Source of the DNA: Somniosus microcephalus
Taxonomy: Eukaryota
DNA: 64,000 nucleotides
Direction: 5' to 3'
Assembly (NCBI GenBank): GCA_052327205.1
Contig: CM126225.1
Coordinates: forward strand, 11,904,001-11,968,000
The position numbers and the translations under genes were made by a program. The notes below the pieces were generated by a model. That model saw only the letters and a program-made list of their open reading frames with translations. It did no database searches and had not been told where the DNA came from. Shown here piece by piece: positions 36,594 to 51,125 of the stretch (positions are counted from its first letter, which is position 1; every line of letters begins with the position of its first letter).

Positions 36594-38722
36594 TCAGTTT
36601 TTTCTTCTTCTGATTTGTGCCGTTATGAAAAGGATCTGTTGTAATCGGGCCCTAGTTTCAGCGCGGATTATTTCCCAGGCGCAGTCACTGAATCTCTGAG
36701 AAAGAGAAATATTCAGGAAAATCCATTAGAAAATGAACAGGTTTGAATTGGGTAAACGAAAACGGTCAGTAATCTCAGTAAAATATCAATTTTCCCACCT
36801 TCTGTTTGAGAAACTTTCTCAGTTTCCTAAAGTATTTGTGAATTGAGGCGTTTCTCCTCGGCCTGGACTCTGAGCCTGGTTTCCTGACACATTCTTCCAG
36901 CTCCTCGAGCTGCCGATCCAGGAGAAGACGGAAGTTTTCCACCTTGTCCCGGGGCCATGTGACTGAGCCCAGGTTCATGCTGTAGATCTTGGTGAGGTGA
37001 CGCAGTGTTTGATGGACAATCTGGATCCTGTCCTGGGTCTGTGCACAATACACACAAGGACGTTAGAGGGGACCTGTTCCTTTATAGGTTTCGAGTAGTT
37101 ATGGAAAAGGACAAGCATCAATCACAAGTGAATATAGTCAACTGGTGTATTGGAATCTAAGATTTGCAGGTGAAACAGTAAATTTGCAATGGAAAGCCTT
37201 CAAAGAGGAAATCGTTTGGTGCAGTCTAGACACATCCGCACCAGGGGGAAAGGAAGGGCATGCAAAGCTATCTCTCCCCGGATCACTGAAGATGGAGATT
37301 TCAATGAAACAGCAAAAGGAGGCTTATGATAAACGTTAAGCTTATAATACAGTAGAGAACCAAGCTGAATGCAGAAGGTGCGAACTGAAAAAGGAAATGA
37401 GACGCAAAGAGAATGTATGAGAATAGATTAGTGGGTGATATTAAAGGGCTCCCAAATGTGTTTTAGAAGCATTAAAAAATTGTGGCTTTCCAAAGGGAAT
37501 TGGTTAAGTACCTGAAAAAAAATGGCATGGCTCCGGGGAAAGGGCGGGGAGTGGGACTGGCTGAAGTGCTCTTGCAGAGAGCCGGCACGGGCTCGACGGG
37601 CCGAATGGCCTCCTTATGTGCTGTAACCATTCTATGATTCTATGAAATAGTAAAAGGATATTCAAAGGATGGGTGGGATCATCTAGGAACCAGAATGGAA
37701 GATTAGAGGGGCTTCAATGAATAGAGGGTGCGAGATGATTAGAGGGAGTTAGATAGTTAAAGGGAGTGAGATAATAGGTGAGATAGAGAGAGAGAGCTAG
37801 TTAGAGAGAGTGAGCTAGTTACAGAGAGTGAGCTAGTTAGAGAGAGTGAGCTAGTTAGAGAGTGAGCTAGTTACAGAGAGTGAGCTAGTTGGAGAGAGTG
37901 AGCTAGTTACAGAGAGTGAGCTAGTTAGAGAGAGTGAGCTAGTTAGAGAGTGAGCTAGTTACAGAGAGTGAGCTAGTTACAGAGAGTGAGCTAGTTGGAG
38001 AGAGTGAGCTAGTTACAGAGAGTGAGCTAGTTAGAGAGAGTGAGCTAGTTAGAGAGTGAGCTAGTTACAGAGAGTGAGCTAGTTAGAGAGAGTGAGCTAG
38101 TTAGAGAGTGAGCTAGTTAGAGAGAGTGAGCTAGTTAGAGAGAGTGAGCTAGTTAGAGAGAGTGACATGGAGTGAGTGAATGGCTCTTCTGGCACTTTCA
38201 CCTCAATGGGCGGCTAACACTGGATTTAAATTTCCTGATTAAAATTCTGATCCGTGTGTTTATCTTACTCATGCTTTCTATAAAACTTTTGCTTGAATAA
38301 AGTGAAATAAAATAGAGTTCACTCACCTGTAATCCCTCTGAAAGTTTCACCAGATTCAAGGACTTGGTTTTCAGCGAGAGCCTCTCTCTTACACACTGTC
38401 GGGGAAAGGGGCCGCCCTGAGAGGAGAAGGCAATCAGTGTTACAATCAGTTCCCTTGAAATACTGGAGAATCGCTGCCTATTAATTGCGTAAAATTACAA
38501 ACACATCAAACATTTTCTCCTGATATAACTTTCCACAACAAGCACAGAGTATATGGTTCGGATCCGGCTCTGAATGCAGGTTAAACTCACCATTTCATTC
38601 AGTTTGCTCAGAGTCTCTGTGTTGAGAACTTGCTGTAACTGCAGCTTCTCACAGCCCAGACTCAGGGTCCCGGGCAACAAGACCAACACAATCCAACATC
38701 TCCAAACACTCGCCAAAGCCAT
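36594..38722 (-). CDS. IFN: Type I interferon, 4 exons, 187 aa (copy 4; consensus)
   Basis: Exons 38722-38591, 38416-38327, 37038-36799, 36695-36594. Intact. Confidence 0.93.
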
Positions 38723-39906
38723 GCTGGACCGAGCCAAGGCAAAGCACCGATCTGAAGGATAAGAAACCGAGCGGATTCGAGTTCAGCTCAGAAAACGGTT
38801 CTTGTTCACTGAATGAAACTCTGGAAGTCGAAATGCAGCCGCTTGTGATCCCGGAGCGACCAGTTGTGTTGTCGAGTGTGGGTGTGCGGCTGGACACTGT
38901 GGGAGCTGTCACTTTAGGAGGAGGGACTGGCGATGTGGGCCATTACAATCCAAAAGTGAAATCGGGCTGCAGGAGTGTTGGAAGAGCTGCAGGAGAGCAA
39001 TAGTTTGTGCGGTTCCTTTCTGAGGTAAGGAATTCAAAAGCTGGAGATTCCTGAACCAGCGACTGGAAAATCCCCGAGAGAAGGTCCTAACCATAGATTC
39101 ATTGAAACAGAGAATGGTTACAGCGCAGAAACAGGCCACTCGGCCCGTCGAGCCCGCGTCAGCTCAATGTCCCGTACATTTGTATCAATACTATCAATAT
39201 GGATTTTGAAAATCTTTATTGGTTTCTCCAACATGTATGGACTCGCATCACGGGGGCACTAAGGGGGCAGACGGGTAGATTGATTGATGGTGGACTCTAA
39301 TACCCCTTTCCCCTCTCAGCTCACATTCCCCCACTTTCCTCGGTGTCTCCTTGTCCTTCTTCCCTCAGTTTCTGATCCCCACCCTTCAGTTTATAATTTC
39401 CCCTCTCCACAGTGTCTGGTTCGCATTCTCCCCTCACACACTATTCGCGGATTCAGAGTCTGATCCCACCTCCCACCAGGGTCTGGTTCCCTCTCTCCCC
39501 TCAGTAGCTCATATGTTCTCCCGCTCGCTGTTTGATTTCTGTCTACCCTCAAGATCTGATTCCGCACTTCCCTCACCATCACATTCTGCCTTTTCCCACA
39601 GTATTGCTTCCCCTCTGCCCTCAGACTCTCATTTCCCTTTAATATCAGGGCACATCTCTCCTCAGGGGCTGATACCCCTCTCCCCTGTACCTGATTCCCC
39701 CTCTCTCCACAAGGTCTCATCTCCCCCTCCACTCAAAGTCTGATTCCCCCTCCACTCAAAGTCTGATTCCTCGACCCCTCACTCGTCGATATCTGGTTCC
39801 CTCTCTTTCCTCAGTTTCCAGGGTCTTGTTCTCATTCTCTCTCAGTCCTGATTCTCTCCTCAATATTAGAGCACCCCTTCTCCAAGGTGTCTGGTTTCAA
39901 TTCTTC

Positions 39907-40399
39907 CCCAGGGTCTGATCCCACATCCCCCCAGGGACAGACCCCACCTGCCCCCAGGGTCTGACCCCACCAACCCCAGGGTTTGATCTCACCTCCCCCC
40001 AGGGTCTGATCCCACCTCCCCAGGGTCTAATCCCACCTCCCCAGGGCCTGATCCCACCTCCCCCAGGGTCTGATCCCACCAACCCCAGGGTCTGATCCCA
40101 CCTCCCCAGGGCCTGATCCCACCTCCCCTCAGGGTCTGATCCCACCAACCCCAGGGTCTGATCCCACCTCCCCCAAGGTCTGACCCCACATCCCCCCAGG
40201 GTCTGACCCCACATTCCCACAGGGTCTGACCCCACATCCCTCCAGGGTCTGATCCCACCTCCCCCCAGGGTCTGATCCCACCTGCCCCCAGGGTCTGATC
40301 CCACCTTCCCCCAGGGACAGACCCCACCTCCCCCAGGGTCTGATCCCACCTCCCCCAGGGTCTGATCCCACCTCCCCCAGGGTCTGTGTCACCTCCCCT
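39907..40399. repeat. C-rich minisatellite, short allele
   Basis: Tandem repeat visible. Confidence 0.95.
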
Positions 40400-41095
40400 C
40401 AATTTCATATTATCCTTCTCCCCAGTTTTTCATTTCCTCTCCCCCTCAGTGTCTGAATTCCCCTCTTCACTCAGTTTTATGATTCCTCTTGCCCCTCCGT
40501 GTCTCATTCCCCATCCCCTCAGTATCTGATTCCAGTTCGTCCTCAAATTTGATTCCCCCTCGCCTTAGGGTCTGAATCCCTCTCTCCCTGAGGCTTTGAT
40601 TCCTTTCTCTCCCTCGGAGTCTGATACCCGCTCGCCTCAGTATAAGATTACCCCTTTCTTCAGTCTCTCATTTCCTTTCTCCGCTTAGAGCCAGATTCTC
40701 CTCTCGCTCAGAATAGTTTCTTTCGCCACGCACTGCCTGATCCCAGCTCTCCCCTCAGCATCAGATTCTTCTTCTCCCCTCAGTATTGATTTCCCACTCT
40801 AGTCAGCCCCTGATTCCGCCTATCCCCTGTACCTGATTCTCTCTGTCCCATCAGGGATGAATTACCCCTCTAGGGTTCAGAGAACTTTTGCTGTTACACA
40901 GTCTCAGGGAATGATACCAAGAGTTACAGAAGAGAGTCACGCTAACAATTAATACCGTCAAATCAATACTGATCGACCAGTGACTATTAATTGCACAAGT
41001 AATATACAACTTCAAACTATTTCTCCAGACATGAGTTATCACAACAAACAGACCATGCGCATTTCGAACCGACTCGGGATGCAGGTTAAACTCAC

Positions 41096-41227
41096 CATTT
41101 CATTCAGTTTGCTGAGAGTCTCTGTGTTGAGAGCTTGCTGTAACTGCAGCCTCTCACAGCCCAGACTCAGGGTCCCGGGCAACAAGACCAAAACAATCCA
41201 ACATCTCCAAACACTCGCCAAAGCCAT
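41096..41227 (-). pseudogene. Orphan IFN exon 1B (upstream of gene copy 4)
   Basis: Repeat-unit copy of 1477-1608. Confidence 0.8.
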
Positions 41228-42149
41228 GCTGGACCGAGCCGGGGTAAAGCACCGATCTGAAAATTGGGAAACCGATCGGATCCGAGTTCAGCCCAGAAAA
41301 CGGTTCTTGTTCACCGAATGAAACTCTGGAAGTGGAAATGCAGCCGCTTGTGATCCGGGAGCGACCGCCTGTGTTGCCGAGTGATGTGGGTGTGCGGCTC
41401 GACACTGTGGGAGCTCTCACTGCCATGGTGCCGGCTTTAAAGTGGGGCATTACATTCGAAAAGTGAAATCGGGCCGCAGGAGTTTTGGCACAGCCGCTGG
41501 AGACCAATGATTTGTGCGGTTTCTTTCTGGGGTAAGGAATGGAAAAGCTGGAGATTCCTGAACCAGCGAGTGGGAAATCTCCGACAGAAGATCCCAACCA
41601 GCGCCCGGTTCCAGCTCCGTGTTGTGTGGACTCGGATCACCGGGGCACTGAGCTGGTGTAGAGGGAGGCTCTGTATTGGGGGAGTGTGGACATTGCAGAG
41701 ACCCCGCCTCACAGCCCAGGGGCACCGCTTCATGCCGACTGACTCCGCTCGGATTCACCTGTCGGAGACTCTGCTTCTTAAGGTTGTCGTTTCCGGGTTA
41801 TTTTCTGGAGTCATTTTCAGACATTGTTTTTAAAGAATATTTAATCCGTTTCGACTCTGAGTCCGAAGGGGATCCCGCTGCCTTTTCTTTCATCGTTTCT
41901 TTCTCGACCCTCTCCCGGGAAAGTGTCCGTGTCAGTTTCTCTGTGGAAATGAACCTTGTGTCAATTTCACCGAAAGCGAAAGTGTCTCAGGGAAAGTGAC
42001 GAGTTTTGTCATTTCCGAAAGTGCGGAGTGATTGTAAACAGAACGGGTCAGACTGAGAGGGCTGAGGGGGAGCTGGGAAAAGGTTTGGGATCTCCGGGAT
42101 AGCCCCGGTTACACAGGGAATGTCGCAAAATCACTCTCAGCTGCAACTG

Positions 42150-42885
42150 ATCACCTCTCATTTTTCTAAACTCCAGAGAGTATAGGCCCATTCTACACAA
42201 TCTCTCATCATAGGACAACCCTCTCATCCCAGGAATCAATCTAGTGAACCTTCATTGCACCGCCTCCAAGGCAAGTATATCCTTCCTTAGATAAGGAGAC
42301 CAAAACTGTGCCCAGTACTCCAGGTGTGGTCTCACCAAGGCCCTGTACAATTGTAGCAAGACTTCCTTACTCTTATACTCTGACCCCCTTACAATAAAGG
42401 CCAACATGCCATTTCCCTTCCTTATTGCTTGCTGTACCTGCATGCGAGCTTTCTGTGTTTCTTCCCCAAGGACACCCAAATCTCTCTGAACACCAACACT
42501 TGAAAGTTTCTCACCATTTAAAAAATATTCTGTTTTTCTATTCTTTATACCAAAGTGAATAACCTCACATTTCCGTACATTATACTCTGTCTGCCACCTT
42601 ACTTCCCACTCACTTAGTCTATCTATATCCCTTTGAAGATTCTTTGTGTTCTCCTCACAGCTTACTGTCCCACCTAGCTTTGTATCATCAGCAAACTTGG
42701 ATGCATTACACTTGGTCCCTTCATCTGGGTCATTAATATAGATTGTAAATAGCTGAGGCCCCAACACTGACACTTGCGGCACACCAATATTTACAGCCTG
42801 CCAACCTGAAAAAGATTTGTTTATCCCTACTCTCTGTTTTCTGTCCGTTAACCAATCCTCTATCCATGCTACTATATTACCCCAG
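42150..42885 (-). mobile_element. CR1 LINE RT fragment (unit 5 copy)
   Basis: ORF 42252-42914. Confidence 0.92.
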
Positions 42886-45800
42886 CAGTTAGACAACATA
42901 AAGGGAAATAGCAAGGAATCTTATCAGCACATTAATCTACAATATATAATAATCTTACATTCGTGCACAAATCCTTCTGCATAACTTGACTTCCCGATTT
43001 CACCTTTTTGTCACACATTTGTTGTAGCGCTTCCGTGTTGTAGGACTTCATGAGGAGGGCAAATTGGTCAATTTATCCCCATTTTTGCCTCCTTTGCCTC
43101 CGCTACCATCCCACTACCAAAACTGTGGCAGTTTTAAGAAGCATTTTTTTCTCGAGTTTCGGCTCAAACTCATTTGCAAATCGTCCAAAGCAGAACCTGC
43201 CATGAACCAGCGCAATCGGGCAACGTTTGAAAATGTATTTTTTTTAAAACTGCCTTAAAACTATTCATTGATATGTTGAAGAGCGGTAACTGGGCGCAGT
43301 TTGATTAATACAGCTGAAAATGGGGTTATCACGATAAATAAACATTTTGAATCACAGTGTCAATCCAGCACCTGTGAGGAACATGGTTTTAAATAATTGA
43401 AAATTACTTTTATATAATATACAGAAACATTCGTTCGTTATATAGGGGTACAGTAGTCAGCTCCTTATTAAATTAAAACAAAATTATATTGAAAAGTTTT
43501 TAATATGTGCTGATTAGTGTCCTTGTGCCAAAAAGAATCAGTTCAATTTTTGGAGCCTCCTTGAAAGTCAGCAAACGAGTGCAATAAGCAGAAAATCCCG
43601 ATGGTGATTAATTCGACCTGGGGACCAGGCCAGTTTTGTGGGCGGGGCCAGCTACCACCGCGATGTTTTTTTAAGTGGCGCAAAAAATAGCAGCAACTCG
43701 ATTTGCGCTGGGCGTAATTTCCACTTAAAATTCCGTGACTTTTTCTGCAGGTTTCGTCGATTTAAGGTGAATTGCACTGAAAAAACCAGCACAACCGAGC
43801 GGCAACTCCAGTTTACTGTTGCCAATTATAAATTCCTATGTCGATATTTATTATGGGTCTTGTTTACGTGAACTTGACAGTCTGGTTGCAGAAACTAGCC
43901 ACGTAGTTCAAATGAAAAGAGGTAGGGATTGTGATGCGAGTAAGTGGGTGGGACAAAGAGGAATGAATAGTGGGAAGATGAAATAGTAGGGAATGCAAAG
44001 GGGGCAAATGTGGGGATAAACTGACCCATGTGCCCTCCCCGTGAAAGATCATGGGAAGATGGAATCATATTTTAGGCCACAAACCTTCCTTCCTGAGAGT
44101 GTACTTGAGTTTGAATAAGTGGTAAAGATCCTTAATCTGTGACATGCCTCAGTTAGAAAGAGAGACTTGCATTTATATATCGCCTTTCACAACCACCGGA
44201 CATCCCGAAGTGTTTACAGCCAATGAAGTACTTTTAAAGTGTAGCCACTGGTGTACTGTAGGAAACTCGGCACACAAATTGCGCAGAGCAAGCTCCCACA
44301 AACAGCAATGTGATAATGACCAGATAATCCGCTTTTGAGTGATGTTGATTGAGGGATAATTATTGGTCAGGACACCGGGGATAACTCCCGTGCGCTTCTT
44401 CGAAATAGCACCATGGGATCTTTTACATCCACCTGAGAAAGCAAATAGGCCCTTGGTTTAACATTTCATCAGAAAGACTGCACCTCTGACAGTGCAGCAC
44501 TCCTTCATTCAGCCTGGATGTTGTGCTCGAGTCATTGGAGTGGGACTTGAACCACACAATCTCCTGACTCACAGGCAAGAGTGTTTACCACTGAGACACA
44601 GTTACTGAAGAAGGTGAAAATGGAAACTCAGGGGAATGTAGAATAAAACTATGGAGATAAATATACAGAAGCAAGGATGAAGGGAGTAACAAGGGAGCAA
44701 AGGGGAAGGGAGGATAAAAAAAGAAAGTGCGACTGAATGTAGGAAGTAGAAAATTCACCAGGTCCAGTTCATATGCAGTGCAAGGAAGTGAGAAATAGGG
44801 TAAATGAGAGAAAGAAGAAACCATCACATTCCACTCAACTTTGAAAACAAGTATCATGGCAAAGGATTGAAGGGTGGGAAAAATTATAACCCTTTTAGTC
44901 TTACCTCAGCTGTGGGTAAACATATGGACTCCATAGTATGGGATGAAATTAGTGAACAGTTGGAAAAATATGGGCTCATTAGGGGCAGTCACCATGAATC
45001 TGTAAAGAACACATTGTGCTTGAATAATTCTACTGAATTTTTCAGGAAGCTCACATACATAGCTAAAGGAATGCAGTCAGTGTTAAGTATACAGCTTTTC
45101 AGAAGGTGCAGGATAAAATGCCATATAAGAGATTTTCAGTCCCACTCTCCACTCATTCCGCTCCCCTAGAATATCGAGCCAATTGGGTTCAAAATGAATT
45201 CACAGTTTTGACAGGCGAGGAAATATCAGACAGTGGAGAATCGAGCGGTGAGGGTGTACCAGTCACAGGCAGCAGATAGAGGAATCCAGAGCATTTACAG
45301 TGAGTATGGAAAACTGACAGATGTAAATGAGAAATAAATATTACTCCAATAAAAATGTAATATTGCAAACAATTTATTTACACCAACATGTTCTCAATCA
45401 GTACAAAAAGTGTAGACAAACAATGTCTATTCCCCAAATCTTAGTAAATATCAATAAATTAACAGTGCTTTCTGAACTTATTTACACATTGCATAAAACT
45501 GTAACTTTTCATTACATGAAGACGTCACAATTATAAATATCAATACATTAGGAATACACGGGACGAGTTGGAGTGTTGGCCGCTGGGAGAGCAGAAATGT
45601 AAAGGTCAGTGCAGGTCAGGGATCAGGTCATGGGTCATTGTTCCGCAACCCTACCATTGAGAGCCAATCAGTGCCATGAAAGCTAGTGACAGAGCCGAGT
45701 ATTGGCCGGGCATTCCCAGTGCAGGGAGTTGTCACTGGAAGTTCAGCAACTGGAATAAGGAGCCTCATAAAGTTAATTAAATGGAAATAAAAGAGTTAAT

Positions 45801-46491
45801 TTGGGAATGGGGTTTGGACCCACAACCTACTGACTTAGAGTATTACCTCTGAGCCAAGCTGACAACAGTGTAAAATTAGCAATACGTTACATTTACTTAT
45901 AAAATATATATATTTTTAATTCGGGGTCTTTAAAATAGCTCATCGTTCGCAGTCTGTATTAAACATGTCATTGAGAAATCTTCTGTTCCTTCTCATTTTT
46001 GACTTTACACGTTGTGAAAAATCTGCAACATTTTATTGTGTCAAGCAATAAACTTGACTCAATCCTGATGAGATGAGGAGGAAATGGTAGCGCCAGCCGG
46101 GTGGGGCAGCCCAGAGAGCTGACACTGGGAAAGCAGCGAGTGGAATAAGGTGTCCCACTGAGAGAACCTGAGATGAAACTTTTCATTGTCGCAGCTGCCA
46201 GTCCCTGAAGGAAGGGACAGAGGCAGGATTTTCCTCAGACTCGCCCCAGTCAAAGCTCTAACATTTCATCACAGGCAACTGTCACAGCAATAACTATCAA
46301 TAAATTAAAATAAATGATCAAACACGGATCAATATCAAAACATTCCTTGTTCTCCATCAGTCACCTTGCACCCAATCGCGATATTACAATACAATATAAT
46401 ATATTAAAATATAATTTAAAAAAAAAAATGCGGTCTTTTAAATAAATATTCTTTGATCCCAGTCTGTACGAAATATGCCTTTGGAAAGTCT

Positions 46492-48620
46492 TCAGTTTTT
46501 TCTTCTTCTGATTTGTGCCGTTATGAAAAGGATCTGTTGTAATCGGGCCCTAGTTTCAGCGCGGATTATTTCCCAGGCGCAGTCACTGAATCTCTGAGAA
46601 AGAGAAATATTCAGGAAAATCCATTAGAAAATGAACAGGTTTGAATTGGGTAAACGAAAACGGTCAGTAATCTCAGTAAAATATCAATTTTCCCACCTTC
46701 TGTTTGAGAAACTTTCTCAGTTTCCTAAAGTATTTGTGAATTGAGGCGTTTCTCCTCGGCCTGGACTCTGAGCCTGGTTTCCTGACACATTCTTCCAGCT
46801 CCTCGAGCTGCCGATCCAGGAGAAGACGGAAGTTTTCCACCTTGTCCCGGGGCCATGTGACTGAGCCCAGGTTCATGCTGTAGATCTTGGTGAGGTGACG
46901 CAGTGTTTGATGGACAATCTGGATCCTGTCCTGGGTCTGTGCACAATACACACAAGGACGTTAGAGGGGACCTGTTCCTTTTTAGGTTTCGAGTAGTTAT
47001 GGAAAAGGACAAGCATCAATCACAAGTGAATATAGTCAACTGGTGTATTGGAATCTAAGATTTGCAGGTGAAACAGTAAATTTGCAATGGAAAGCCTTCA
47101 AAGAGGAAATCGTTTGGTGCAGTCTAGACACATCCGCACCAGGGGGAAAGGAAGGGCATGCAAAGCTATCTCTCCCCGGATCACTGAAGATGGAGATTTC
47201 AATGAAACAGCAAAAGGAGGCTTATGATAAACGTTAAGCTTATAATACAGTAGAGAACCAAGCTGAATGCAGAAGGTGCGAACTGAAAAAGGAAATGAGA
47301 CGCAAAGAGAATGTATGAGAATAGATTAGTGGGTGATATTAAAGGGCTCCCAAATGTGTTTTAGAAGCATTAAAAAATTGTGGCTTTCCAAAGGGAATTG
47401 GTTAAGTACCTGAAAAAAAATGGCATGGCTCCGGGGAAAGGGCGGGGAGTGGGACTGGCTGAAGTGCTCTTGCAGAGAGCCGGCACGGGCTCGACGGGCC
47501 GAATGGCCTCCTTATGTGCTGTAACCATTCTATGATTCTATGAAATAGTAAAAGGATATTCAAAGGATGGGTGGGATCATCTAGGAACCAGAATGGAAGA
47601 TTAGAGGGGCTTCAATGAATAGAGGGTGCGAGATGATTAGAGGGAGTTAGATAGTTAAAGGGAGTGAGATAATAGGTGAGATAGAGAGAGAGAGCTAGTT
47701 AGAGAGAGTGAGCTAGTTACAGAGAGTGAGCTAGTTAGAGAGAGTGAGCTAGTTAGAGAGTGAGCTAGTTACAGAGAGTGAGCTAGTTGGAGAGAGTGAG
47801 CTAGTTACAGAGAGTGAGCTAGTTAGAGAGAGTGAGCTAGTTAGAGAGTGAGCTAGTTACAGAGAGTGAGCTAGTTACAGAGAGTGAGCTAGTTGGAGAG
47901 AGTGAGCTAGTTACAGAGAGTGAGCTAGTTAGAGAGAGTGAGCTAGTTAGAGAGTGAGCTAGTTACAGAGAGTGAGCTAGTTAGAGAGAGTGAGCTAGTT
48001 AGAGAGTGAGCTAGTTAGAGAGAGTGAGCTAGTTAGAGAGAGTGAGCTAGTTAGAGAGAGTGACATGGAGTGAGTGAATGGCTCTTCTGGCACTTTCACC
48101 TCAATGGGCGGCTAACACTGGATTTAAATTTCCTGATTAAAATTCTGATCCGTGTGTTTATCTTACTCATGCTTTCTATAAAACTTTTGCTTGAATAAAG
48201 TGAAATAAAATAGAGTTCACTCACCTGTAATCCCTCTGAAAGTTTCACCAGATTCAAGGACTTGGTTTTCAGCGAGAGCCTCTCTCTTACACACTGTCGG
48301 GGAAAGGGGCTGCCCTGAGAGGAGAAGGCAATCAGTGTTACAATCAGTTCCCTTGAAATACTGGAGAATCGCTGCCTATTAATTGCGTAAAATTACAAAC
48401 ACATCAAACATTTTCTCCTGATATAACTTTCCACAACAAGCACAGAGTATATGGTTCGGATCCGGCTCTGAATGCAGGTTAAACTCACCATTTCATTCAG
48501 TTTGCTCAGAGTCTCTGTGTTGAGAACTTGCTGTAACTGCAGCTTCTCACAGCCCAGACTCAGGGTCCCGGGCAACAAGACCAACACAATCCAACATCTC
48601 CAAACACTCGCCAAAGCCAT
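46492..48620 (-). CDS. IFN: Type I interferon, 4 exons, 187 aa (copy 5; G46S)
   Basis: Exons 48620-48489, 48314-48225, 46936-46697, 46593-46492. C>T at 48311 gives GGC>AGC in exon 2. Confidence 0.92.
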
Positions 48621-49804
48621 GCTGGACCGAGCCAAGGCAAAGCACCGATCTGAAGGATAAGAAACCGAGCGGATTCGAGTTCAGCTCAGAAAACGGTTCT
48701 TGTTCACTGAATGAAACTCTGGAAGTCGAAATGCAGCCGCTTGTGATCCCGGAGCGACCAGTTGTGTTGTCGAGTGTGGGTGTGCGGCTGGACACTGTGG
48801 GAGCTGTCACTTTAGGAGGAGGGACTGGCGATGTGGGCCATTACAATCCAAAAGTGAAATCGGGCTGCAGGAGTGTTGGAAGAGCTGCAGGAGAGCAATA
48901 GTTTGTGCGGTTCCTTTCTGAGGTAAGGAATTCAAAAGCTGGAGATTCCTGAACCAGCGACTGGAAAATCCCCGAGAGAAGGTCCTAACCATAGATTCAT
49001 TGAAACAGAGAATGGTTACAGCGCAGAAACAGGCCACTCGGCCCGTCGAGCCCGCGTCAGCTCAATGTCCCGTACATTTGTATCAATACTATCAATATGG
49101 ATTTTGAAAATCTTTATTGGTTTCTCCAACATGTATGGACTCGCATCACGGGGGCACTAAGGGGGCAGACGGGTAGATTGATTGATGGTGGACTCTAATA
49201 CCCCTTTCCCCTCTCAGCTCACATTCCCCCACTTTCCTCGGTGTCTCCTTGTCCTTCTTCCCTCAGTTTCTGATCCCCACCCTTCAGTTTATAATTTCCC
49301 CTCTCCACAGTGTCTGGTTCGCATTCTCCCCTCACACACTATTCGCGGATTCAGAGTCTGATCCCACCTCCCACCAGGGTCTGGTTCCCTCTCTCCCCTC
49401 AGTAGCTCATATGTTCTCCGCTCGCTGTTTGATTTCTGTCTACCCTCAAGATCTGATTCCGCACTTCCCTCACCATCACATTCTGCCTTTTCCCACAGTA
49501 TTGCTTCCCCTCTGCCCTCAGACTCTCATTTCCCCTTTAATATCAGGGCACATCTCTCCTCAGGGGCTGATACCCCTCTCCCCTGTACCTGATTCCCCCT
49601 CTCTCCACAAGGTCTCATCTCCCCCTCCACTCAAAGTCTGATTCCCCCTCCACTCAAAGTCTGATTCCTCGACCCCTCACTCGTCGATATCTGGTTCCCT
49701 CTCTTTCCTCAGTTTCCAGGGTCTTGTTCTCATTCTCTCTCAGTCCTGATTCTCTCCTCAATATTAGAGCACCCCTTCTCCAAGGTGTCTGGTTTCAATT
49801 CTTC

Positions 49805-50297
49805 CCCAGGGTCTGATCCCACATCCCCCCAGGGACAGACCCCACCTGCCCCCAGGGTCTGACCCCACCAACCCCAGGGTTTGATCTCACCTCCCCCCAG
49901 GGTCTGATCCCACCTCCCCAGGGTCTAATCCCACCTCCCCAGGGCCTGATCCCACCTCCCCCAGGGTCTGATCCCACCAACCCCAGGGTCTGATCCCACC
50001 TCCCCAGGGCCTGATCCCACCTCCCCTCAGGGTCTGATCCCACCAACCCCAGGGTCTGATCCCACCTCCCCCAAGGTCTGACCCCACATCCCCCCAGGGT
50101 CTGACCCCACATTCCCACAGGGTCTGACCCCACATCCCTCCAGGGTCTGATCCCACCTCCCCCCAGGGTCTGATCCCACCTGCCCCCAGGGTCTGATCCC
50201 ACCTTCCCCCAGGGACAGACCCCACCTCCCCCAGGGTCTGATCCCACCTCCCCCAGGGTCTGATCCCACCTCCCCCAGGGTCTGTGTCACCTCCCCT
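49805..50297. repeat. C-rich minisatellite, short allele
   Basis: Tandem repeat visible. Confidence 0.95.
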
Positions 50298-50993
50298 CAA
50301 TTTCATATTATCCTTCTCCCCAGTTTTTCATTTCCTCTCCCCCTCAGTGTCTGAATTCCCCTCTTCACTCAGTTTTATGATTCCTCTTGCCCCTCCGTGT
50401 CTCATTCCCCATCCCCTCAGTATCTGATTCCAGTTCGTCCTCAAATTTGATTCCCCCTCGCCTTAGGGTCTGAATCCCTCTCTCCTTGAGGCTTTGATTC
50501 CTTTCTCTCCCTCGGAGTCTGATACCCGCTCGCCTCAGTATAAGATTACCCCTTTCTTCAGTCTCTCATTTCCTTTCTCCGCTTAGAGCCAGATTCTCCT
50601 CTCGCTCAGAATAGTTTCTTTCGCCACGCACTGCCTGATCCCAGCTCTCCCCTCAGCATCAGATTCTTCTTCTCCCCTCAGTATTGATTTCCCACTCTAG
50701 TCAGCCCCTGATTCCGCCTATCCCCTGTACCTGATTCTCTCTGTCCCATCAGGGATGAATTACCCCTCTAGGGTTCAGAGAACTTTTGCTGTTACACAGT
50801 CTCAGGGAATGATACCAAGAGTTACAGAAGAGAGTCACGCTAACAATTAATACCGTCAAATCAATACTGATCGACCAGTGACTATTAATTGCACAAGTAA
50901 TATACAACTTCAAACTATTTCTCCAGACATGAGTTATCACAACAAACAGACCATGCGCATTTCGAACCGACTCGGGATGCAGGTTAAACTCAC

Positions 50994-51125
50994 CATTTCA
51001 TTCAGTTTGCTGAGAGTCTCTGTGTTGAGAGCTTGCTGTAACTGCAGCCTCTCACAGCCCAGACTCAGGGTCCCGGGCAACAAGACCAAAACAATCCAAC
51101 ATCTCCAAACACTCGCCAAAGCCAT
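50994..51125 (-). pseudogene. Orphan IFN exon 1B (upstream of gene copy 5)
   Basis: Repeat-unit copy of 1477-1608. Confidence 0.8.
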
